A stretch of 64,000 nucleotides of DNA, taken from NCBI GenBank assembly GCA_963663805.2, contig CAXXMR010000010.1, positions 1-64,000 of the forward strand, read 5' to 3'. Below the pieces are notes generated by a model. It searched no databases and was not told the DNA's origin. It worked only from the letters and a program-made list of their open reading frames with translations. The position numbers were made by a program, and so were the translations under genes. Positions 31,573-39,675 of the stretch are shown piece by piece. This DNA is from Sedimentisphaerales bacterium. GTDB lineage: Bacteria > Planctomycetota > Phycisphaerae > Sedimentisphaerales > SM23-30. How positions within the stretch are numbered: position 1 is the first letter of the stretch; every line of letters starts with the position of its first letter.

Positions 31573-32886
31573 TTAATCATCCACCGGGGGGGTTACAACG
31601 TGAATACAAATCGGTTCAGCTTTGACGGCATCGAGCTTGACCATTTCGATTAAGGCCTGGTCCATGTCACCTTGACGGGCCAGGTCGGTCATGATTACCA
31701 CAGGTATCGCGTTGGGAGTATTAGCTTCGTGCTGGAGGACCGCTGAGATGCTGATTTTGCGGTCACCGAGCAATTTGGCAATCTGAGCAAACACACCCGG
31801 TTCATCGGCAACGCTCAGCCGCAGATAGAATCTGGATTTGACCTCCTCAGGCGGACAGAGAACGCAAGGGTCGGCGTCACGGCCCAAACCCGGTGCCGAA
31901 GCGAAAAGGTTGGCCGCATTGCCGCGAGCGACGTTGATAATATCAGCGACAACTGCGCTGGCGGTCGGCATCATGCCCGCCCCGCGACCATAATATGAGG
32001 TATGGCCAACCGCGTCTCCGAAGACACTCACAGCGTTAAATGAATCGGAGACCTGGGCCAGCGGTTCATCGTCTTTAATAAACGAAGGATGAACCCTAAG
32101 CGAAAGCCCCTTAGTGGTATTTTCCGCGATGGCCAGGAGTTTTATGGTATAACCCATTTCCTTGCCGTACTTAATGTCGTTCAGGTCGACATTTTCGATA
32201 CCTTCGGTGGGAATGTCGTCGTATTCGATTTGTTCACCGAACGCCAGGGTCGCCAGAATCGCCAGTTTGTGGGCACTGTCGGCGCCATTGACATCGAGGG
32301 TCGGGTCGGCTTCGGCGTAACCTGCCGCCTGAGCTTCGCCCAGGGCGGTCTGATAGTCCTTGCCGTCATTGCTCATGCCGGAAAGGATGTAATTGCAGGT
32401 GCCATTGACGATACCGTACATGGCTTGTATATGATTGGCGGCCAACCCGGTGCGAATAGCTCCGACGATGGGTATGCCGCCGCAGCAACTGGCCTCGAAG
32501 GCTAGGCAGCGGCCATTTTCGCGGGCGGTGGCGTAAACCTCGGCGCCGCGTTCGGCGAGCAGGGCTTTATTGGCGGTAACTACGTCTTTGCCGGCTTTGA
32601 GAAGGTTTTTCTGTAAATCAACGGCGAAGGTTGTGCCGCCTACCAGTTCGACGGCGATTTCTATTTCTTTGTCCTGTAGCACTTTATCGATATTATCGTG
32701 CAAAATGCCGTCCGGCAGTTTTACAGGTCTTATGCGTTGGAGGTCTTTATCGACGACGTGAGCTAAATGTAGGTGGATACCGGTTTTATGGGCGATATGG
32801 TCGGCGTTTTCGAGAATGATTTTCGCTACGCCGGCCCCGACGGTGCCAAATCCGATGATTGCGACTTTTACGTGTTTTTCCTGCAT
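31573..32886 (-). CDS. hom: Homoserine dehydrogenase
   Basis: GFGTVG, VTANK, GIVNGTCNYIL, GYAEADP..DV.G.D..HK, C-terminal ACT. Confidence 0.96.
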   Translation of the reverse strand: MQEKHVKVAIIGFGTVGAGVAKIILENADHIAHKTGIHLHLAHVVDKDLQRIRPVKLPDGILHDNIDKVLQDKEIEIAVELVGGTTFAVDLQKNLLKAGKDVVTANKALLAERGAEVYATARENGRCLAFEASCCGGIPIVGAIRTGLAANHIQAMYGIVNGTCNYILSGMSNDGKDYQTALGEAQAAGYAEADPTLDVNGADSAHKLAILATLAFGEQIEYDDIPTEGIENVDLNDIKYGKEMGYTIKLLAIAENTTKGLSLRVHPSFIKDDEPLAQVSDSFNAVSVFGDAVGHTSYYGRGAGMMPTASAVVADIINVARGNAANLFASAPGLGRDADPCVLCPPEEVKSRFYLRLSVADEPGVFAQIAKLLGDRKISISAVLQHEANTPNAIPVVIMTDLARQGDMDQALIEMVKLDAVKAEPICIHVVTPPVDD

Positions 32887-32980
32887 AGTTCAGCGTTTCC
32901 CAGGTTGCCCTTGAGATTTATAACTTTGTTCCGGGCAATGAGTTAAACATATGCCCAGATATTATCCATATAGAATGAAC

Positions 32981-33009
32981 AATTTAGCTTAACACGGTGA
33001 TACGGTCAA
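32981..33009 (-). promoter_or_regulatory. Putative sigma70 promoter of hom operon
   Basis: TTGACC-N17-TAAATT on minus strand. Confidence 0.5.
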
Positions 33010-33178
33010 GGTAAATCATTATTTGCGGCAGCGGTTCTTTGGGGCTTAATCGGCGTGACTGTCTGGTTGTTTATGCCTGCGCCTCAAGCTCCGGATATCG
33101 AAGGGCAGAGCCCGGAAGAAATTGCGGACTTTCTGTCGTCCGAGGATTTCGGTAGGAGCAGTAAAGGCGCTGAGATAT

Positions 33179-33213
33179 AAAAAAACGCCGGAATCGCAAT
33201 TGAAACCGGCGTT
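33179..33213 (-). terminator. Intrinsic terminator after FN3-domain gene
   Basis: AACGCCGG/CCGGCGTT stem followed by T run on minus strand. Confidence 0.6.
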
Positions 33214-33241
33214 ATGGAAAGGATTTAGATCGGGTTTTTTC

Positions 33242-33868
33242 TTACAGTACCACCGTCGCGATATTTGATGGCAGTGAATCACCGGCGGCATTGGTGGCGA
33301 CTATTCGGTATTGCATTTCGATCCCGCGGGGCTGATTCTGCAAGGTGACGTTTTCCGTGAAGCTGGTCGTTAATAATGTCCACGGTCCCGGCACGCCGCC
33401 GCCTGCGGGCTGGTCGGAGCGTTCGATACGGTAATTGCTCACGCTGCCGCCGTTGGGGCCTTTACGCCAGTTAAGCGAAAGAATGCCGGGCCCTTCATAG
33501 CTGGGTGTCAGGTGCGTTGGCTGATCGGGCGGATTAAGCGGGCTGCCGGGCTTGCGCTGCGACCAGCCGATATAATCAAGATTGCCGGGCGTATTCATGC
33601 AGTCATGCTCGGCCAGATAGAGAATCTTATGCATCTGTTCTTCCAGCTCGCTCTGCCGGTCGTTTTTAGCGATAGTCGCGTTCTTGGCGGCGGCCCGGGC
33701 GCTATCCTGAGCATTGATCGCGTTATTGCATTCGGTATATGCCATACTCAGATTCGTCAGCGCCTCCACGCTCACACTGGGATAAAGTGAGCTATGTTCA
33801 TTGAGTCCGCTGATCATCTGTCCCGCCAGAGCCAGCACATTAGTTTCCGATTTCGGAAATACTGCCAT
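33242..33868 (-). CDS. Hypothetical cytoplasmic protein: helical N-terminus + C-terminal fibronectin type III domain
   Basis: PPDQPTHL...LSLNW...YRIER...YRIVATNAAGDSLPSN FN3 pattern; purine-rich RBS before ATG 33868; no signal peptide. Confidence 0.7.
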   Translation of the reverse strand: MAVFPKSETNVLALAGQMISGLNEHSSLYPSVSVEALTNLSMAYTECNNAINAQDSARAAAKNATIAKNDRQSELEEQMHKILYLAEHDCMNTPGNLDYIGWSQRKPGSPLNPPDQPTHLTPSYEGPGILSLNWRKGPNGGSVSNYRIERSDQPAGGGVPGPWTLLTTSFTENVTLQNQPRGIEMQYRIVATNAAGDSLPSNIATVVL

Positions 33869-34132
33869 GGTAAACCTGCCTTTCCGCCCTTTTCGGGCAA
33901 AAATAATATTACGCCGATTCCCACCCTGGGAATTTCGCGGCGATTTATTCAAATGTTTACAAATGGGTACGAATTACTGATAGCCATGGAATCGGCGATA
34001 TAGGGGACCGGCTTAATCAAAAACCTGATTTTTATAAGATTTTCTCCCCGCTCTGGAGGAATAGCTTCCGTAACTCTCTGTTTTTAAGAAACTTGGAAGA
34101 TTTACCGCTGAGCGAAGTTTTTTTGAATATTC

Positions 34133-34161
34133 TTGTGATTTCCGGGTTTTTATGATAGATT
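34133..34161 (+). promoter_or_regulatory. Putative promoter of cas13b-csx28
   Basis: TTGTGA-N17-TAGATT with extended -10 TG. Confidence 0.45.
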
Positions 34162-34361
34162 CGCCGTAGATTTCATTGTCGCGGTGCTTTTCCGGCCGCG
34201 GCGGATGTTTAGTTTAGTAGAAGGGGCCTGTCGTTTTAAGCCCGGTTGCGGATTGTTGGTGGATAATATTTTTTTAACATTTTCCTCCTCTCGATTGCGT
34301 GATCGGACAGCCTGAATTTCCCCTTAAAATTCCGGATGCTGTATATTTAGAAGGAGTAATT

Positions 34362-37300
34362 ATGGAACAAGGAATCAGAACTAATTTTGGTATTTATTTT
34401 AATCAGGCTCGACTGAACGCGTATATTGTATTATGTCATATCTCGGAACTGCTGGGCAAAGAAAAGTCTCAAGAAAATACATTATCGGAGATGCCGGTTC
34501 TTGAATTACTTGATAATACTGACAATGTCAAAGAATCCAGTGATTGTTATGATTTAATTACGAAGCATTTTTCCATGTTAGATAAAATTATCTGTGGCTC
34601 ATCTGAGGAAAAAAAAGAAGCTAAGAAGGAAGTCCGGGCCAAAAGTTATTATAAAATCATCCGCCTGCTACTCAAGGCTTTGAATCAGTATCGCAATGAA
34701 TATTGCCATCAACACAGCACGAATAAATTAAAAGAGCAGGAAATTGAGGAACTGCTGAAATATCTGGACAGGTGTTTTGATGCTTCGGTCAGAGATGTCA
34801 AAACAAACCCATCTTTGAAAGAAGCTCAGGTGTCTCATCTCAGGAGGTGGACCGTAGAGGGAACTGGTCGAAATAAACAAACAGTTGCCAATAAGGAGTT
34901 TCGTTATCGGTTCAGTGATGCCCCGGCCAGTATCAATTGAAAATGGGCTGGCTTTTCTGGTTTGCATGTTTTTGGAAAGAGGAGATGTCGAGCTTTTCCT
35001 CAAACAATTCGTCGGATTCAAAAGAAGCGATTCACCGGAATGCCGGGCCACAATAGAAAGCTATTGTAATTATCGTATTAAATTGCCCAAACCGGTAATA
35101 AGTTCTGAAACAGATATTGATGGGCTGGCTCTCGATATGCTTAATGACCTGTCTAAATGTCCCAAAGAACTGTTTGAGATTCTAAGCTCTGAACAACAAA
35201 ACGAATTTCGGGTGATTCTCGACAGCGATGAATCGGAGGGTGGTGATAATATCGATGACGGTAACGACGAGATATTTATGAGGAGGTATCAGGACCGCTT
35301 CGCCTATTTTGCCTTGAAATATTGTGACGAAAAAAAAGTTTTTAAGGATATCCGTTTTCAGATTGATCTGGGGAAATATTATTTCAAGATATATGACAAA
35401 ATCACTGCTGATGGCCGTCAAAATCAACGCAGTATTGATAAGCAGCTCAAAACCTTCGGTCGCCTGAGCGAGGTTAAACAGAAAGTAAAGGAGCAATGGG
35501 GCGAAAAAATACAATCTCCCGCTGACCGGGCCAAAGGTTCGCAAGAACCTTATAAAAACGCTGCGACCCCTCATTATCATCTGGTAGGTAATCAGATAGC
35601 CCTCGTTATCAGCGGGGATAAAGACCTGCCGGTGCTGGGAGAGAGCGGCCGGGACAGCAAACTGGCTAATCCCGATGCTTGGCTTAGTGTTTACGATCTG
35701 CCGGTAATAATATTTCACTGGATTAAAAAAGGATTTGGGCAAACCGAGGATCTGATTAGAACCTATGTAGAAAAACAGCGAGCGGCCTGCAACACCCTAC
35801 TGCAGGGGCAGGAGCTTTCCGGTGACCTTGTGGAATATGTCCCTCGCAGTTTATTGCATAACGGCCGCCGGGATAAAAACCAGCAGCAGTATCGGCGGGA
35901 AAAAACTGCGGCGGATAATAGAAGATAACAAACATCGTCAGCGGGCCATATTAAAAACTATCGAAAGAGTTGCTGATAAAAGCAACAAGCCCGGCTCCGG
36001 AAAATATATTGATTTGCGTGCCGGAAAGCTGGCCGATTTTTCTGGCTCATGACATGTTGGATATGCAGGGCTTTGACCCACAGAAAAATGGCAAAGATAA
36101 GATAACCTCGGTAAAACTTTCAGGTTTTGCAGGCTGCTCTGGCTTATTTCGGAGCTAAAAAGGATGTCCTGCCGGACATTTTCGGTAATTGCTATTTACT
36201 GGGCGGAAATAATCCTCATCCGTTTTTAGGCAGGCTCAAAATCAAAGAATATGTCGGCATAGTCTGTTTTTATAAAGGCTATCTCGCCGAGCGTTTGACC
36301 TATCTTAAAAAAGCTGGAGGCCAATAACAACCTGGATGTGCAGTTTCTTCGTCCCAGTCGCGGGCGTTTTGACGGCAATGCTAAGGATGATAAAAAAATT
36401 GCCGCCAAACTGCTCGAAAATCCGGTCAATCTGCCCGGTGCTATTTTTAATAATGAATTGCGCAGCCTTATTACGGCAGATATTGACCTGCCCGCCGGCA
36501 TAAAGAAAAATAATGCCCTTCTGATCGAGAAACTCTTTAAGGCAGAAGGTGACGGTCCGCAGGAGTTCTATAATTATAAACGGCATTACCCGGTATTTGC
36601 CAAAGCCCGCGAATATCTAAAGAAAAACGATAGCACCGCTATTAAAGCCGCTTTACAGACTATTGCCGCCGGGCCGGTCAGCGATAATATCAAGGATGAT
36701 ATCAGAGAATTCCAGAGAGTGATTAACAAAAACATCCGCGTCGAAAGCCGTTTTAACCCTCCGGGTCTGGATAATAATCTTTACCTCGGTGTTCTGAATA
36801 TCGAAAAGACCGAAAAACTTCTACGCAGATACAGACTCGCCGATATGGTGTCATTTATGATGGTTAGGGAGATTCTCAAAGATAAGCTCAGGTTTACAAA
36901 TGAAACCAGCTTAAGGCTGGCCGATATTGGTCCCGGACAGGACAGGCTCTTTAATCAGCCCATAAGCTGCGATACTGTTTTGACGGTCCGGTTTAACTGT
37001 AAAGACAATTTTAATGCAGGTTACATCAGCTTCCTGCGTGATAAATATTCTGGTAAATACCGTGAGTCGGGAAATATGCTGGAACTGGAATGCCTGGTCA
37101 GGTCGGAAAATACCAAACTGAGGGATCTGGGTAAATACCGGCGTTATTTTTATGACCGGCGTCTGCCGGGTCTGCTGCTGTGGCTGGGTCTTAATGCGGA
37201 GAAACTGCAATACGAGCAACTGGAAGCGGAGATAAAAGCGTTCGCTCATTATCGAAAAATGATTGCCGGGATAATCTGGCAGTTCGAAGGGAAAGCTCTC

Positions 37301-37567
37301 GAGTTGTTTCCTGAGCTGAAAAACGAAAGGGCACATTATACCTCATTTGCCGCAATAACTGACGGGCTGGCCGGGCGTTTTCCGCAAATAGAAAATCAAC
37401 TGCATACAATAAAGAATATCCGCAACGCGGTTTATCACAATCAGTTTCCGGCCTGTTACAATGTCATTTCGGAAGACAGCAGTAAATCTCTGGCCGAAAG
37501 AATTCATGACCTGACCGACAATTATATAAATACAATTGTCAGCACGATAGAAAGGCAGGCGGATTAA
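34362..37567 (+). CDS. cas13b: Type VI-B CRISPR effector Cas13b (~1066 aa after correcting five +1 frameshifts)
   Basis: AAGGAG RBS; N-terminal FGIYFNQARLNAY; HEPN RNEYCH (34692-34709) and RNAVYH (37421-37438); Cas13b-like GLAFLVCMFLE, DMLNDLSKCPKELF, DRFAYFALKY...RFQIDLG, GKLADFLAHDM, HPFL, GKYRRYFYDRR; adjacent csx28 and 36-nt repeat array. Confidence 0.92.
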
Positions 37568-38140
37568 ATGGACAATTCTGTTATATTTATGTTACTGGCC
37601 GCTGATGTCTCGGAAATCTGGGGCTGGAAACTGGCTTCAATACTCATCCAGCCCTTAATACTGCTGATCAGCGTCTGGCTGGGCCTGAAGCTCTGGCATA
37701 AACAGAAGCAGAGTGAGCCGGTTTATCAATCGAGAGAATATCTTAACCGCAAGAAGCTTGATGGCCTTCTGGCCGGCTGGGCCTTGCTGAGTTATCTAAC
37801 CGAAGTGGAAAACGCCCGGTCGCTGCTGGTCTGGACAGATAACGGCAAAGGCCAAGCCAAAACATTTCATCTTCGCCCTGCCCAGGCACGGGAATATATC
37901 GACCAGTTAAACCGCTGGTTTTACGCTGACGGCTACGGCCTGCTTTATAGCCGGAGACTCAAGGAACTTTTATTTGAATGCCGCTCGATTCTATATGGTT
38001 TTTTGCTCAAGGAAAACGTATTATATCAGGGAGATGAGCGAATAGTGGTTAATAATGATAAAATAATAAACAGATTGAAGGAACTGTATCAGGACATAAA
38101 TAATGAGTTGTACGAGGAAATGTGCAAAATTTATGATTAA
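37568..38140 (+). CDS. csx28: Csx28 membrane accessory protein (subtype VI-B2)
   Basis: ATG directly abuts cas13b stop; 190 aa with one N-terminal TM helix; LLSYLTEVENARSLLVW and FYADGYGLLYS...ECRSILYGFLL match my recollection of Csx28. Confidence 0.85.
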   Translation: MDNSVIFMLLAADVSEIWGWKLASILIQPLILLISVWLGLKLWHKQKQSEPVYQSREYLNRKKLDGLLAGWALLSYLTEVENARSLLVWTDNGKGQAKTFHLRPAQAREYIDQLNRWFYADGYGLLYSRRLKELLFECRSILYGFLLKENVLYQGDERIVVNNDKIINRLKELYQDINNELYEEMCKIYD

Positions 38141-38229
38141 ATCTATTCTGCCGGTAAGTCGTGCAGACGGTTTTTTTTGCCAATATGCCTGACTTAATGA
38201 CAGGTCGAACAGCAGGTTACAGAATACCC

Positions 38230-38597
38230 GCTGTAGAACCCTCGCCCCCGGCAGGTTAGTACAGCTTGTACTGCACAAGACCGCTGCCGAGCGTGTGCTG
38301 TAGAACCCTCGCCCCCGGCAGGTTAGTACAGCTCGATTATCGCTTTGGCATGTGCAATGCAGGGCTGTAGAACCCTCGCCCCCGGCAGGTTAGTACAGCA
38401 AAATTCCCGCATTTTGGACATAGTCCGAAGCTGTAGAACCCTCGCCCCCGGCAGGTTAGTACAGCACCACGTCACCGACTTCAATTTCAATCTTGGCTGT
38501 AGAACCCTCGCCCCCGGCAGGTTAGTACAGCTCTTTTTCGTAGGCTGGTGTTTGTTGAATCGCTGTAGAACCCTCGCAATCGGCAGGTTGGTACAGC
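38230..38597 (+). CRISPR. CRISPR array: 6 repeats of 36 nt (GCTGTAGAACCCTCGCCCCCGGCAGGTTAGTACAGC), 5 spacers (31,31,30,30,30 nt)
   Basis: Repeats start at 38230, 38297, 38364, 38430, 38496, 38562; last repeat has 4 substitutions; terminal stem GCTGTA/TACAGC plus inner AACC/GGTT and GCC/GGC pairing. Confidence 0.98.
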
Positions 38598-38945
38598 TGG
38601 TTAAGAGACGGTGTCCGGCATATTTTTGGGTAATCGCTAATATCTGAACCCAACGAAATAATTCCCCAATACAGTGGGTATCGTCGGCTTAAAAGTTTTC
38701 AGGTTGCCCAGTTGGTTTATGATGTGACGGTGCGGTTTTTCGAGAATGAAGGCGGCTTCAGCGAACGGTTCTACCGGGTGCGCAGCTGCAAGCGGAGCGG
38801 GAAATAGCCAGAGGTCAGAACTCAGAAAACCCGTTTTCGGCACAGAACCGCCATAATAATGCTGATAATCCCGAAAACTTAACCTTGCCGACCGAAGGGG
38901 CAGGTTATCACAGATTTACCGTCCCATAAAAACCCCGGCGGCGTA

Positions 38946-39270
38946 ACAGCGCTTTTAGCGCAGCGGCTGCGACTAAGTCGCAAGGGCTGCGCTTAAAGCG
39001 CAGGAGCTACGACTAAAGGAATCAGAGCTGCGCTAAAGTCGCAGGGGCTGCGACGAACTGCATCGTCTCTGCGCTAAAGTCGCCAGAGCTGCGACAAAAG
39101 CGCAGGATCTGCGACTAAAGGAATTATCTCTGCGCCAAAGTCGTAGGAGCTGCGCTTAAAGCGCAGAGGCTGCGACCAAAGAATCAGGCCGCCGATCTAA
39201 GCGCAGCTCTCCCGACCGAAGTGTCATCTCGCTGATTTAAGCGCTGGTCTGCCGCCGGGATCGCAGCCTC
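38946..39270. repeat. Tandem array of >=12 imperfect 20/21-bp palindromic units (consensus ~GCTGCG(A/C)CTAAAG(T)CGCAGGA)
   Basis: Units start at 38946, 38966, 38986, 39006, 39027, 39047, 39068, 39088, 39108, 39129, 39149, 39169, then decay. Confidence 0.85.
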
Positions 39271-39675
39271 TCCGTTTTAGTTGCCGGTCCGCCGGTTTAG
39301 GAGCGGCTGCGCGGCCGGAAGCGGGGCAGCTATTATTACAAGAGTCGAAAAGAGGTTCGATATATTTCAGGAAAGTTGCCGCAAATACGCTTGGAGAGTA
39401 GGGGTTTGTCGGCGGCTAAGCGAAATATGCGGTACTTATTCGGATAAAAATGAGGGGAATTGGGTTTCTTCGGCGGGAAAAACGTGCTTTCTGTTTTTTT
39501 GCGCGAGAAAACTATACTATATTACCTTTAACAGAGGGTAGATGGTATTTGCTTTGGCGGGGATAGGGTGTTACCATGATGTGGTTAGGGACTGGAAGTT
39601 TGGCCCGATCAGCTGGCAGTGCGGCTGAGGGCCCGGCTGGGCGTTTGATGTGGAATTACATAGTAAGGGATCATA

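Noticed and set aside
20918..32819. Long + strand ORFs such as 20918-21565, 22367-23329, 28060-28992, 30418-31185
   Set aside because: Antisense shadows of well-supported minus-strand genes; no recognisable motifs
34299..36327. Five separate small cas-like genes, or programmed frameshifting/phase variation of cas13b
   Set aside because: Fragments are consecutive parts of one Cas13b; five simultaneous +1 shifts in short runs match the window-wide error pattern better than regulation
38212..38222. GCAGGTTACAG just before repeat 1 as a decayed repeat
   Set aside because: Too short and only 7 nt from repeat 1, leaving no room for a spacer
38345..38647. 100-aa ORF with repeated CRTLAPGRLVQ
   Set aside because: Translation of the CRISPR repeats; not a gene
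38946..39270. Second CRISPR array
   Set aside because: Units are contiguous with no unique spacers and are unrelated to the 36-nt repeat
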